Assembly: GCA_964460195.1 (NCBI GenBank)
Contig: CAYWPJ010000007.1
Span: 1-46,713 of the forward strand
Source of the DNA: an uncultured Methanosarcinales archaeon
GTDB taxonomy: Archaea; Nanobdellota; Nanobdellia; Woesearchaeales; GW2011-AR9
DNA length: 46,713 nucleotides
Direction: 5' to 3'
Below are positions 1 through 9,965 of the stretch, piece after piece; the stretch's first letter is position 1; each line of letters opens with the position of its first letter. The notes below the pieces were generated by a model that worked only from the letters and a program-made list of their open reading frames with translations, searched no databases and was not told the DNA's origin. Made by a program: the position numbers and the translations under genes.

Positions 1-350
1 ATCAAAACCCGGCTGAACTGGAAGCCCGGGCCTCGCCGCCCCTGGCCGAAATCAACGATGATGGGATCAGAATAACTTTGCCCGAAAAGGAACTGGCCAT
101 CACCCGTGACAATGAAGACGCTTTTGGGGAGGATTATCACCATTTCAAGTTCGATGGCATGGAGAATACTTTTGTCGCCTACTGCCAGGGAAGCCTCTGT
201 GGCCGGAGCCGGAACCGGAGTTTGCTCTACCAAAAGGCATCGAAACTTCTTGGCGCAAACAATTTAACGGTATTTAAAGTTCCGGCCGTAAAACCTAACG
301 GCAAAGAAGTTAATTTAACCGAAGGGGCAGTTGGTAAATTAAGCAAGTGA
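1..350 (+). CDS. 3' end of a gene that continues upstream of the window (hypothetical protein)
   Basis: The frame of listed ORF 78..350 stays open back to nt 3 (QNPAELEARASPPLAEINDDGIRITLPEKE...). The listed start at 78 is only TTG. Codon usage is GC-rich like the downstream ATPase gene. No recognisable motif. Confidence 0.4.
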   Translation, partial: QNPAELEARASPPLAEINDDGIRITLPEKELAITRDNEDAFGEDYHHFKFDGMENTFVAYCQGSLCGRSRNRSLLYQKASKLLGANNLTVFKVPAVKPNGKEVNLTEGAVGKLSK

Positions 351-423
351 ATTTTTAACAGGGCCGGGAACTATTTCATCCAGGATATAAATAATTAAAA
401 ACTGATTGAGATAGCTATAGTCC

Positions 424-3400
424 ATGCTCAAAGGACAAGTGGTGGCAGGAGATTTTTCCCGGATTGTCATGCGCATCAAGTCCGGCGTCACGGTCGAGCT
501 CGGTGAGCTGGTCGTCATCGAGGAAAACCAGGAAAAGTTCATCCTGCAAGTCTACGACCTGCTCTACGGCAGCCAGATCTCCCCACAGAACCTGGAAATG
601 GTCGCCGGGATGAACCTGGAAGAAGGCGGTTTCAGCCTCATGGACGAGCCTCTTCGGAATTACCGGCTCGCCCTGCTCAAGCCGGTTCTCAACGTCGGCG
701 AGACAAGCAAAACCTGCAAGAAGCTGCCTCCCTTCTTCGACTTGGTTCGGGGGATCCGCAGGGAAGACCTCAATTTTATCACCACTCCCGAGCATCCTTT
801 CTACCTCGGCAAATTGAGGAGCGGCAGCCAGGAGATGGACTTTGACCTCTTTCTGCCGGGGAAGGACGTCTTCAGCCATCATATCCTCATCCCAGCCAGT
901 ACTGGCAAGGGGAAGAGTCTCGATGAAAACGAAGAAGTGCTTATTAAACAAAATAATGTATTTTCAATAAAACTTATCGGAGAGATTGTTAACAATCCTC
1001 ATTTTAGGGATTCTAAAGTAGAGGTACTTAGTATGAACCCCAAAAATTATTCCGTAGATTTTAAGGAAATAACTAATTTTGTTAGGCATAAAGCTCCTTC
1101 CTTTATGTACCAAGTAACTACTGATAGCGGTCGAGAAGTAATGGTGACTAAAGATCATAATCTGTATGTTTTGAGAAATGGTCATCTGACCCTCTTGAAA
1201 ACACAAGAAATCTCCAACAAGGACTATCTTCCTCTCCCTTTGAAAATAAATGAGCTGGGAAACTTAAAAGAATTAAACCTCTTTGCTCTGTTGAAAAATC
1301 AACCCAAAGTATATGTGTTGTATGATAGAAATATTCTATCTTATTTAAAACCAAAAGAAGAATGCTTAAGGATTCTCTCAAAATATTTTACCAGACCCTT
1401 ACAAAAATATAATGATTTTGTAATGAAAAAGAATAAAATAAGGATTACCATTTTATCCAAATTGTTAAAAGAAAAATTGTCTCATGAAGCCTTAAAATTA
1501 GTTACATTAACAGACCAATACTTTAGTTTAGAACTAAAAGCAATCTACCCTTTGACTAAGGAATTCTTACAATTATTAGGATATTACATCGCGGAGGGAT
1601 ATTGTCTTAATGATAACACTTTTAGGATAAGCTGTTCAGAAGAAGAAGGAAAGAAATTGTTAAGGGAGATATTTACTACTCTCGGTCTACATTACTTTTG
1701 GGTTAAGAAAGAGGGTAAGGAAGTAGATGTAGGGATATCTTCTTCTATATTCACAAAGCTATTAAAAGAATTAGGGCTTGGGCGTGTATCCGGGGATAAG
1801 AGGTTGCCTGATTTTTTCATGAATCTCTCAAATGAAGACTTAAAGATTTTACTTAAAATTTATTTTGAAGGAGATGGAGGAGTAGATAAAGAAACGATCA
1901 TAACAAAAAGGAATTTTAATATTTCTACTACCACCAAATCAAAAAAACTTGCTAACGATATTTGTCTTGCTTTGTATAGGTATGGTATATTTTGCAGATG
2001 TAAGAAACTCTGGAAAAGATCTACAAATACAAACCATCAAGGAAACTGGTATTATCGGATTAAAATTTCTGGAAGAGCAAATATAGTGATTTTCTTATCA
2101 AAGATCGGCTTTCAATTCTCAAGGAAAAATGATGTTTTGAAACACCAATTAAATTATAAAGAAAACACAAACGTAGATGTAATACCCATAGAACCTAAAT
2201 TATTTAAATCCAAAAGATTACAAACAAATTTAAGCCAAAAACAATTCGCACTGAAATTGAAGTATTCCTATTCAATGATATCTGCAATTGAACTAGGAAG
2301 ACGAAGACCTAGTAGAACATTATTTAACGAAATGTTATTAAAATTTAAAAATTTTCAAGACTTAAAATATTTAACAAATTTTAGGTGGGATAAGATAAAA
2401 GAAGTTAAAAAAATAAAATACAATAAAAAATATGTTTACGATCTGACTGTGAAGGACAATAAAACATTCCTTGCAGGACATGGCGGGTTGTTTGTTCACA
2501 ACAGTAATTTAATGTCCTGCATCCTCTGGGATGTCGCCGACAAGGACTATGCCGGGATGCTCGTCCTCGACCCCCATGATGAATATTACGGCCGGACCGG
2601 ATGGGGGCTGAAAAACCATCCGCAAAAGGAGAGAATCAGCTATTACACCCCGGTCAGCCCCCCTTCCGGCGCCCAAACTTTGAAAATCAACATCCGAAAA
2701 CTAAAACCGGAGCATTTCCATGGCGCCGTTCCCTTATCAGACCCCCAGCGCCAGTGTTTCTACGTCTATCACCAAAAATTTCGGGACAACTGGATTTACC
2801 ATCTGTTAAGGGAAGAAAGAATTGAGAATGTCCGGTTCCATGAAGACACCCTGGCGGTGGCCAAAAGAAAACTGATTTCCCTGCTGAATTTGGAATTCCA
2901 GGAAGGGCAGCTCTTCTGCCAGGGAATTTTTGACACTGTCGCCGGGGAAAATACCGTCTCTGAAATTTGCCGGGAGTTGGAGCAGGGAAAAATAGTCATC
3001 ATCGACACCAGCTATTTTTCCGGGGCGGTGGAAATCCTGGTCGGCAGCCTGATCACGACGGAAATATTTGAAAAGTACAAATTCTACAAGAAGCAGGGGC
3101 AGCTGGATGACAAACCGGTCATCTCCGTCGTCCTGGAAGAGGCTCCCCGAGTCTTGGGGACAAAAGTCTTGGAGCAGGGCAGCAATGTCTTTGAATCAAT
3201 TGCCAGGGAAGGCCGAAAATTCAAGGTTGGTCTGATTGCCATCACCCAGCTGCCCTCGGAGATTCCTAAAAGCATCCTGGCCAACATGAACACCAAAATC
3301 ATTCTCGGGATTGAGATGAATTCAGAGCGGCAGGCGGTGATTGAATCTTCGCCGCAGGACCTCTCGCAGGACAACCGCAACATCGCTTCCCTGGACAAGG

Positions 3401-3525
3401 GGGAAGCTCTGGTCACTTCGACCTTCACCCGGTTTGCCGTGCCGGTCAAGATCCCTCTCTTCCGGGATTTTGCCAGGAGGAACCAGCAGAAGACCATCAG
3501 GCAGAGTTACGTTGGGTTTGGTTGA
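424..3525 (+). CDS. HerA/DUF87-type P-loop ATPase interrupted by an intein (extein about 504 aa)
   Basis: Splicing out 916..2502 joins ...PASTGKGK to [12 protein letters not shown]..., which restores Walker A GKGKS. Walker B is [12 protein letters not shown]. The C-terminal half ([18 protein letters not shown]) is typical of HerA/FtsK-like ATPases. It is a paralogue of the ATPase at 44008..45354. Confidence 0.8.
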   Translation: MLKGQVVAGDFSRIVMRIKSGVTVELGELVVIEENQEKFILQVYDLLYGSQISPQNLEMVAGMNLEEGGFSLMDEPLRNYRLALLKPVLNVGETSKTCKKLPPFFDLVRGIRREDLNFITTPEHPFYLGKLRSGSQEMDFDLFLPGKDVFSHHILIPASTGKGKSLDENEEVLIKQNNVFSIKLIGEIVNNPHFRDSKVEVLSMNPKNYSVDFKEITNFVRHKAPSFMYQVTTDSGREVMVTKDHNLYVLRNGHLTLLKTQEISNKDYLPLPLKINELGNLKELNLFALLKNQPKVYVLYDRNILSYLKPKEECLRILSKYFTRPLQKYNDFVMKKNKIRITILSKLLKEKLSHEALKLVTLTDQYFSLELKAIYPLTKEFLQLLGYYIAEGYCLNDNTFRISCSEEEGKKLLREIFTTLGLHYFWVKKEGKEVDVGISSSIFTKLLKELGLGRVSGDKRLPDFFMNLSNEDLKILLKIYFEGDGGVDKETIITKRNFNISTTTKSKKLANDICLALYRYGIFCRCKKLWKRSTNTNHQGNWYYRIKISGRANIVIFLSKIGFQFSRKNDVLKHQLNYKENTNVDVIPIEPKLFKSKRLQTNLSQKQFALKLKYSYSMISAIELGRRRPSRTLFNEMLLKFKNFQDLKYLTNFRWDKIKEVKKIKYNKKYVYDLTVKDNKTFLAGHGGLFVHNSNLMSCILWDVADKDYAGMLVLDPHDEYYGRTGWGLKNHPQKERISYYTPVSPPSGAQTLKINIRKLKPEHFHGAVPLSDPQRQCFYVYHQKFRDNWIYHLLREERIENVRFHEDTLAVAKRKLISLLNLEFQEGQLFCQGIFDTVAGENTVSEICRELEQGKIVIIDTSYFSGAVEILVGSLITTEIFEKYKFYKKQGQLDDKPVISVVLEEAPRVLGTKVLEQGSNVFESIAREGRKFKVGLIAITQLPSEIPKSILANMNTKIILGIEMNSERQAVIESSPQDLSQDNRNIASLDKGEALVTSTFTRFAVPVKIPLFRDFARRNQQKTIRQSYVGFG
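916..2502 (+). mobile_element. Intein (529 aa) with LAGLIDADG homing endonuclease, inserted in the P-loop
   Basis: N-terminal block [10 protein letters not shown], block B TKDH, C-terminal ...GGLFVHN followed by +1 Ser. Two LAGLIDADG motifs ([20 protein letters not shown]). An XRE-like HTH ([28 protein letters not shown]). The segment is clearly AT-rich compared with the GC-rich exteins. Confidence 0.8.
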
Positions 3526-3607
3526 CTCAAAAATTCGGGCAACGTATTTAACTTTAAAGTAGTAAGGCAACCAAAATATTTATAAAGTACTATCAATTTC
3601 AGTCATT

Positions 3608-3931
3608 ATGGCAAAATTAACCAGAATTACTTTAGGAAGTATTGATAACTTAGTCGATGGTTCTGGAATTGTAAAAATTGGTAGAGGAACTATAACGGCA
3701 AGCCGTTGGAAAGAGCGTTATTTAAAATTAGCCACGCCTGAAGAAACAAGTGAGCTTAATAGCGCTCCTCTTAAGGTGGGTTCTGGCAGAGATGATTTTT
3801 TAGCTTATGTTGATAGAGTATTAAGCGGTAAAAAGATGTATTTGGCCGATGTTGAATATAAAGCCGGTAAATGGGCTGGTTTTTTCCCCCACCGGTTAAA
3901 CGGCGAATTTTATAAAGAAAAAACAGAGTAA
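3608..3931 (+). CDS. Hypothetical small protein (107 aa)
   Basis: Clean ATG ORF in an AT-rich intergenic block between two GC-rich genes. No motif recognised. Confidence 0.45.
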   Translation: MAKLTRITLGSIDNLVDGSGIVKIGRGTITASRWKERYLKLATPEETSELNSAPLKVGSGRDDFLAYVDRVLSGKKMYLADVEYKAGKWAGFFPHRLNGEFYKEKTE

Positions 3932-4037
3932 ATCTTTTAGTTTTTATCTTTTAAACTTGAATTCTGGATTAGATGTAATCCTGTTATGCCACCCGGCGGG
4001 GAAAAGATTAAAAACAGCTTCTCCTAAGCTCCCCTTG

Positions 4038-5135
4038 ATGGTTGATTATAACCAAAAAATTCGGGAGCTGGAAGAGGAATTAAAGAAAACCAAGTACAAC
4101 AAAGCCACTCAGGGCCATATCGGCATCGTCAAGGCGAAGATTGCCCAGCTGAGGGAGAAACAGGAATCCCGGGTGCAGAAGAAAACCGGCCGCTCGGAGC
4201 ATGGCTATACCGTCCGGAAATCGGGCGATGCCACCGTCTTATTGCTTGGCTTTCCTTCCACCGGCAAGTCGACCCTGCTCAATCAGCTGACCAGGAAGGA
4301 ATCACAAGTCGGGGCTTATGCCTTCACGACTTTAACCGTCATCCCGGGAATGATGGAATACAAGCAGGCAAAAATCCAAATTTTAGACGTGCCGGGAGTC
4401 ATGGCTGGCGCCGCTTCCGGCAAAGGCCGGGGGAAAGAAGTTTTAGCGGTAATCCGGAATGCTGATTTGGTGCTGATGATTGTCGATATCACCCAGCCGG
4501 AACAGTATCATGCCCTGCTGAGGGAAGTCTGGGAATCCGGCATCCGCATCAATAAGGAAAAACCGGAAGTCTTCATCAAGAAAAAGTCTGAGGGCGGCCT
4601 GCAGATCGGCCGGACGGTCAGTCTGGACCTGACTGACGAAACCCTGAAGCGGATTCTGCAGGAATTCAGGATCAATAACGCTGATGTCCTGATCCGGAGC
4701 GTCATTGACGCCGATGATTTCATTGATTGTCTCGGGGGGAATAAAAAATATCTGCCGGCGATCATCTGCCTGAACAAGGCTGATTTGGTCAATGCCTCTG
4801 ATGTCAGCCGGGTGAAGAGGGAGATCAACGCTGATCTGGCTGTTTCGGCGGAGCAGGGGCTCAATCTTTCTGCTTTGAAGGAGCTGATTTTCCGGAAACT
4901 GAATTTTATGCGCATCTATCTGAAAGAGCCGAGGAAGGAAGCGGATCTGGCCGAGCCTTTGATCATCACCCGGGATGCCAGCATCAGGGACGTCTGCCTG
5001 AAGCTGCACCGGGATTTCGCTGATAAGTTCAAGTTTGCCCGGGTCTGGGGCAGCTCGACCAAATTTCCCGGCCAGAAATTAACGCTGAAGCACGTTCTGA
5101 AAGATCAGGATATCCTGGAGATTCATTTGAAGTGA
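4038..5135 (+). CDS. DRG/Obg-family GTPase with C-terminal TGS domain
   Basis: G1 GFPSTGKST, G3 DVPG, G4 NKAD. N-terminus MVDYNQKIRELEEELKKTKYNKATQGHIG is typical of DRG proteins. TGS-like tail (RVWGSS...GQKLTLKHVLKDQDILEIH). ATG at 4038 is preferred over the listed start at 3957. Confidence 0.85.
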   Translation: MVDYNQKIRELEEELKKTKYNKATQGHIGIVKAKIAQLREKQESRVQKKTGRSEHGYTVRKSGDATVLLLGFPSTGKSTLLNQLTRKESQVGAYAFTTLTVIPGMMEYKQAKIQILDVPGVMAGAASGKGRGKEVLAVIRNADLVLMIVDITQPEQYHALLREVWESGIRINKEKPEVFIKKKSEGGLQIGRTVSLDLTDETLKRILQEFRINNADVLIRSVIDADDFIDCLGGNKKYLPAIICLNKADLVNASDVSRVKREINADLAVSAEQGLNLSALKELIFRKLNFMRIYLKEPRKEADLAEPLIITRDASIRDVCLKLHRDFADKFKFARVWGSSTKFPGQKLTLKHVLKDQDILEIHLK

Positions 5136-5299
5136 ATTGTAACTGGCACGAATTTCTATTCAAAAAGAAAGGGACTTGGCGTGCGTTGTTCCAAATGGTC
5201 ATAGAGAAGGTTTCCATGATGAATATTGAAGTTTTTCACCAATTATTTATATACTTAATGAATTGATAAGGTCAAGATAAGGTCAAAGAGGTGTTTAGA

Positions 5300-6853
5300 A
5301 TGAAAAAAACAATAAAAACCATCGCCACAATTTTACTATGCATTTTTATATTACCCATAGCCATTACACAACCAGTTCCACAGTCTGCCCAAGATCCAGG
5401 AGTTACTCCTGACAGCTTCCTCTGGGGTTTAGACAAAGCCTTGGATCAATTGAGTTTACTTCTAACGTTTGATAAGGGCGACAAAGCAAGGAAAGGCTTG
5501 GAAGTGGCTAGAGAAAGACTGTTAGAAGTTAAATTCATGATTGAAGAAAATAAATTAGATGCTGCTAATAAAGCAAAAGAGAATCATGGGAAAAATTTAT
5601 TGGGAGTAAGAGAAAGCATTAAAGACTTAGAGGAAGATGATTCGTTAGAAGAGATCGAAGAGTTGATTGAAATTGAAAAAGAATTAGAAGAGCATGATGA
5701 TGAAGTTGAAGAAACTTTTAGCGAGTTAAAAGTTAAGATTGAAGTCGAAGGAGAGATTACCCAACAACAAAGAGATTTGATTGATTCTATTTTAACCAGC
5801 TTACAAGGGCAAACAAGGGAAGTTGAGATAGAAATTGAAGATAAAAAGAATAAAATCAAGATTGAAATCGAACAGGAAACTGGCAAGTCAAAGCAGGAAA
5901 TTAAGATTGAGATTGAAAATCTTGAAAAAAAGAACATGATTAAAAAACAAGAAAAAGCTCTTGAAGCAATTAGTGATGCTGAAGAGGAATTAGATGAACT
6001 TTTAAAAGAAGCTGAAGAAGAAGGAATAGTGATTTCTCCCGAAGTACTTGACCAATTTAACGTTTTGTTAGAACGGGCGAGAGGCCAGTTTGATGAAGGT
6101 AATTTCATGGAGTCACGAAAATTAGCAAAGCAGGCTGAAAGCCTCTTAGATGAAGAGGAAGAAGAATTTAAAGAAGGAGAAAAAGAGATTGAAGTCGAGA
6201 TTGAGGAAGGCAAGGCTAAAGTAAAAGTTGAAATTGGTAAAGAAAAGTTGAAATTTCAATTAGATACCACTGAACTTTTGGCTATCGTTGATGAAATATC
6301 GGCAAGAACAGGTTTAAGTGTGGAAGAAATTAATGCGGTTTTGGAAGTTGAGGTTAAGGAAGAGGAGATTGAGATTGAAGCTGAAGCGGAGGGAGGAAAA
6401 ACAATAGTGGAAGCCGACGTTGACGGCAAAAAACAGAGGTTTGTTTTGGATGTAACTTCTGAAGAAGAGGTCATAGCGGGGATTATGGAAAAGACGGGCT
6501 TAACTGAAGAGGAGGTTAAGGCTAATTTAAAGCTCGAAGGCGAAGATGAGGAGGAAGCCGAAAAAGAGGATGGAGATGGAAAAAAATTAGAAGAAAGTAG
6601 CGAAGAGGCAGAAGAATCTGAAGATAGTGACAAAACCGTCGGAGGAGGAGAAGAGTCAGAAAATGGGGGTGACGGAGATAATGGCGATGGCAATGGAAGA
6701 GGAGATGGTGGTTCTTCAGGAAGTTCTGAATCCGGAGAAGATGGAGGTAACGGGGGTAACGGCGGAAATGACGGAAACGGTGGAGATGGGGGAAATGGTG
6801 GGAATGACGGAGATGGGGGAAATGGCGGAGAGGGTAATAATGGCAGTGATTAG
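5300..6853 (+). CDS. Secreted or membrane-anchored, extremely acidic coiled-coil repeat protein with a Gly/Asn/Asp-rich tail
   Basis: N-terminal hydrophobic signal/anchor MKKTIKTIATILLCIFILPIAI. The segment after the signal (PDSFLWGLDKALDQLSLLLTF...) looks like DUF5667-type proteins, from memory. E/K-rich IEIE repeats, two ~45-aa internal repeats, and a C-terminal GGNGGNDGNGGDGGNGGNDGDGGNGGEGNNG tail. Confidence 0.7.
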   Translation: MKKTIKTIATILLCIFILPIAITQPVPQSAQDPGVTPDSFLWGLDKALDQLSLLLTFDKGDKARKGLEVARERLLEVKFMIEENKLDAANKAKENHGKNLLGVRESIKDLEEDDSLEEIEELIEIEKELEEHDDEVEETFSELKVKIEVEGEITQQQRDLIDSILTSLQGQTREVEIEIEDKKNKIKIEIEQETGKSKQEIKIEIENLEKKNMIKKQEKALEAISDAEEELDELLKEAEEEGIVISPEVLDQFNVLLERARGQFDEGNFMESRKLAKQAESLLDEEEEEFKEGEKEIEVEIEEGKAKVKVEIGKEKLKFQLDTTELLAIVDEISARTGLSVEEINAVLEVEVKEEEIEIEAEAEGGKTIVEADVDGKKQRFVLDVTSEEEVIAGIMEKTGLTEEEVKANLKLEGEDEEEAEKEDGDGKKLEESSEEAEESEDSDKTVGGGEESENGGDGDNGDGNGRGDGGSSGSSESGEDGGNGGNGGNDGNGGDGGNGGNDGDGGNGGEGNNGSD

Positions 6854-6976
6854 TTAGAATGTTGAAATTCTCCCTAAACTTTTTATTTTTTAATTTCCCA
6901 AGATGTAAGTATTCCGCTTACATTTCCCGCAGGAAAAAGAGGTGACAAACAGGGCATCAGCGTTATATGCGGGAAA

Positions 6977-7873
6977 TCACCCCAACGAGTCCAGCCACTC
7001 CTTCTTTAATTTAAACCCTGCCCGGCGGGCCAGCTTGCCCATGGCCTTATCAAAACAGCTGCCATATTGGGCCGCCTTCTTCCCCCTCCAGGCAAACCGG
7101 CCGAGAAATTCTTCCGCTACTTCCCGGAAGATGATTTTTTTCTCCGTTTGATTAATTTTCCATTCCGCCGGCAGCTTCATGGCAAAACGGATTAGCTCCG
7201 GGTCGAGAAAAGGTGTCCTGATCCTGACTCCCAATTTCTCGGCCAGGGCAAAATCCCTGACTAAATCCCTCTCCCACATCCCCTGCAGGCCTTTCCAGCA
7301 TTCTTCCTGGACATCTTCCGCTTTCCCGTGCCTTTCATAGCCAGCAAAGATCTCTTCGCTGCCCAGGCCGGAAAGAAAATAATTCATTTTATCTTTCCTG
7401 GCCAGCTCGATCGCCGCTAGAACCACCGCTCCGACGCCGGCATTGACGACATCGGTCTTGCCTGCTTTTTTAAGAATCTTAGTCGTCTTTTCAATGATTT
7501 TTCCCGCTTCCGCTAAATGATAAATTTTGCACTTCAGCTTGAACCCTAATTCTTCGGCAACTCTTTTGGCTTCGGAGACATCTTCCGGCATCTTGGTTTC
7601 TTCGTCCTGGAAACCGACCGTGTAACAAACAAAATCAGCTTTTTCCTTTTTACAGATTGCAGCCATGAATGAACTATCAACACCTCCGGAGAAAAGAACT
7701 CCGAATTTTCCAAGAGGAATTCTTTTTCTAACCGCTTTTTCTAATAAATCCTTGAGAACTTTTTTTGATTCTCCTTTATTGATGATAATATCATTTGTTT
7801 TTAGACAATCAATTAGGGCAATCCATTCTCCTTTTTCAATTAATTTGTCTTCTTCTAACCACAACTCTTCCAT
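6977..7873 (-). CDS. Asparagine-synthase-domain PP-loop ATP pyrophosphatase (no glutaminase domain)
   Basis: PP-loop VLFSGGVDSS. The downstream region (YFLSGLGSEEIFAGY, RTPFLD) resembles the AsnB C-terminal domain. Confidence 0.7.
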   Translation of the reverse strand: MEELWLEEDKLIEKGEWIALIDCLKTNDIIINKGESKKVLKDLLEKAVRKRIPLGKFGVLFSGGVDSSFMAAICKKEKADFVCYTVGFQDEETKMPEDVSEAKRVAEELGFKLKCKIYHLAEAGKIIEKTTKILKKAGKTDVVNAGVGAVVLAAIELARKDKMNYFLSGLGSEEIFAGYERHGKAEDVQEECWKGLQGMWERDLVRDFALAEKLGVRIRTPFLDPELIRFAMKLPAEWKINQTEKKIIFREVAEEFLGRFAWRGKKAAQYGSCFDKAMGKLARRAGFKLKKEWLDSLG

Positions 7874-7926
7874 AATCTTCTCAGGAAGCCATACTTTTAT
7901 AAAATTTAGCTAAAAATATACTAAAA

Positions 7927-8676
7927 ATGAAACTAGCTGCCTTATTCACCGGAGGAAAGGACAGCACCTATGCTATTTATCTCGCCAAGAAAGCCGGGCA
8001 CGAAGTCGCCTGCCTGATCACCATTAAATCCCGGAATCCCGATTCTTACATGTTCCACACCCCGGCGATTGGAATGACCAAATTGCAAGCGGAAGCCCTC
8101 GGCCTGCCCCTGATTGAAGGAAGGACCAAAGGCGAGAAAGAAAAAGAATTGGCTGATTTGGCCGGAACCATCCGGAAAGCCCGGAAGAAGTACCGGTTTG
8201 AAGGATTGATTACCGGCGCTTTATTTTCGGAATACCAGGCTTCGAGGATCGAAAAAATTGCCCGGAAGCTGGGATTGAAGATTTTTTCCCCTTTATGGCA
8301 CAAACCGCCGGCAGAGCATATGCATGATTTGATCAAAGACGGGTTTGAATTCATTTTTACCGGCGTCGCCGCCGAAGGGCTGGACCAAAGCTGGCTGAAC
8401 GTGCTCATCGGGGAAAAAGAATTGGAAAAATTAAAAAAACTTAACCGGGAATCGGGGCTGAATGTCGGGGGAGAGGGCGGCGAGTTCGAGAGTTTGGTCA
8501 TCGATTGCCCTCTATTTTCTAAAAAGCTCATCATCACCCAATTTGAGGTCAAGGCGGAAAAGAAAAACACCGCCCGGCTGAGCATCAGGAAAGCCAGGCT
8601 GGAGCGGAAAAGGGGGAAGGGGCTCTCCTGCAAGGGAATAATTTTTCTGTTATCTCCCACCTCGCCATTTAGTTAA
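7927..8676 (+). CDS. dph6: Diphthine-ammonia ligase-like ATP-binding protein (Dph6 / MJ0570 family)
   Basis: N-terminus MKLAALFTGGKDSTYA (PP-loop variant). GGEGGEFESLVIDCPLF matches the family signature. Size about 249 aa. Confidence 0.7.
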   Translation: MKLAALFTGGKDSTYAIYLAKKAGHEVACLITIKSRNPDSYMFHTPAIGMTKLQAEALGLPLIEGRTKGEKEKELADLAGTIRKARKKYRFEGLITGALFSEYQASRIEKIARKLGLKIFSPLWHKPPAEHMHDLIKDGFEFIFTGVAAEGLDQSWLNVLIGEKELEKLKKLNRESGLNVGGEGGEFESLVIDCPLFSKKLIITQFEVKAEKKNTARLSIRKARLERKRGKGLSCKGIIFLLSPTSPFS

Positions 8677-8677
8677 A

Positions 8678-8728
8678 ACATTTTATTCCACCAATCTGTG
8701 ATTGGAGGTCGTGGGAGGAATAAAATGT
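8678..8728 (+). terminator. Strong compound hairpin just after the dph6-like stop codon
   Basis: Perfect 12-bp inverted repeat, acattttattcc (8678-8689) and ggaataaaatgt (8717-8728). It encloses a second 6-bp stem, ccaatc/gattgg (8691-8705). Confidence 0.4.
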
Positions 8729-8879
8729 GCTCAAGAGCGAGTCGACTGAGACTTGTCTTTGTAAGTTAAATTTGCCGTAAACCAAATAATCTCACTTATC
8801 CTCAAATCCTGATGAAAATGATCGTTATGGGAAACCTTTTCAGAAACCTTTTTATTGACCAGGCTTTCTGAGATAATAG

Positions 8880-9965
8880 ATGAATTACCAGACTGATTTG
8901 CCCTCATTGATGAAAAGGGCGGAGGAAATCTACTTCGCTCATTTCCCCACAGAAACCCATTTTGAGCGGGCCGTTTTCTTCAGCTGGGGCTGCCGGATCG
9001 GCGACTGTGCATTCTGTTACATGAGCACTCAGCCGAAAGGCAAGCCGCCGGAAGAAGCGAGGAGGAGCACGGAATCCATTCTGGCCGAATTCATTCTAGC
9101 TAAGAATCTGGGATGGGAGATCGGTTTTTTCAGCGGCGGAACGAACGTCATTCCTCAAGAAGAGATGATTTTCCTGCTGAAAGCAATCCAGGAAATCACC
9201 GGAGAAAAGACCTGGCTCAATGTCGGCCCCCTTTCTCATTTGAATCTGGAAGATTATGCTCCTTATCTTAAGGGAGTGGTCGGCTCGATTGAAACGGTCA
9301 ATCCTGGCATCCATCGAAAAGTCTGCCCTTCCAAGCCGGTCAGGCCTTACGAATCAATGTTTGCCGAAGCCAAAAAGCTCGGTCTCAAGAGAGGAATGAC
9401 CATCATCCTCGGCCTAGGTGAAACTGAAGAAGACCTGCCGCTTCTTCTTGACTTCATCAGGAAATACGGCATCAGCAAACTCCATCTTTACAGTCTCATC
9501 CCCCACCCGGGGACTTTATTTGAAAATTCCCCTCTTCCTTCCCAAGAGTATCAGGCCTGGTGGATTGCCCAATTAAGGATTAATTTCTCCCGGCTGGACA
9601 TTCAGTGCGGCATCTGGGAGGATCGGGTGGAAAGGACCTCTTTTCTCCTTAAAGCCGGCGCCAATTCTTTCTCCAAGTTTAAGGCTTTAAAGCTGTTTGG
9701 CACGAAAGTTGCTTCCCGGCTGGAGGAGCAGGCCGGATTGGCCGGCCGGAAGTTTGAGGGAACACTAACCTTGCTGCCGGATGTTGACTGGGAAAAGGAA
9801 GTCAGCAAACTGTCAATCGATGAGGGGTTAAAGAGGAAAATTAAAGAAAAATTAAAATTGTACCTGACTAAAATCAACCGCTCAGCCGCAGCTTCCCGTT
9901 GCGGCCGCTCCAGCTGTCCCAGCAGTGTTATAACCAAAACCTGCCGGGTAACTGGCGGTGCTTAG
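8880..9965 (+). CDS. Radical SAM superfamily protein (BioB/ThiH-like size)
   Basis: Cys triad WGCRIGDCAFCYM, read as CX4CX2C rather than the canonical CX3CX2C. GG-containing segment FFSGGTNV. TIM-barrel-like length. Confidence 0.6.
   Translation: MNYQTDLPSLMKRAEEIYFAHFPTETHFERAVFFSWGCRIGDCAFCYMSTQPKGKPPEEARRSTESILAEFILAKNLGWEIGFFSGGTNVIPQEEMIFLLKAIQEITGEKTWLNVGPLSHLNLEDYAPYLKGVVGSIETVNPGIHRKVCPSKPVRPYESMFAEAKKLGLKRGMTIILGLGETEEDLPLLLDFIRKYGISKLHLYSLIPHPGTLFENSPLPSQEYQAWWIAQLRINFSRLDIQCGIWEDRVERTSFLLKAGANSFSKFKALKLFGTKVASRLEEQAGLAGRKFEGTLTLLPDVDWEKEVSKLSIDEGLKRKIKEKLKLYLTKINRSAAASRCGRSSCPSSVITKTCRVTGGA

Noticed and set aside
415-951. 178-aa antisense ORF overlapping the HerA-like N-extein. 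Similar long antisense ORFs lie at 4443..5009, 5584..6213, 6256..6693, 8046..8660, 11307..11921, 12400..13026, 30927..31406, 39403..39939 and 41641..42096.
   Set aside because: They lie opposite genes with clear family signatures and have low-complexity or Leu/Arg/Gly/Ser-rich composition typical of antisense frames. None has a recognisable motif.
3957-4037. Upstream extension of the DRG GTPase ORF (MNSGLDVILLCHPAGKRLKT...)
   Set aside because: DRG proteins start at the coiled N-terminal helix (MVDYNQKIRELEEEL...). The extension starts at TTG and has no homology-like features.
6627-6857. 76-aa alternative-frame ORF (MTKPSEEEKSQKMGVTEIMAM...) inside the acidic protein gene
   Set aside because: It is an out-of-frame reading of the GGN/GAN-repeat DNA. 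The main frame is continuous from the signal peptide.
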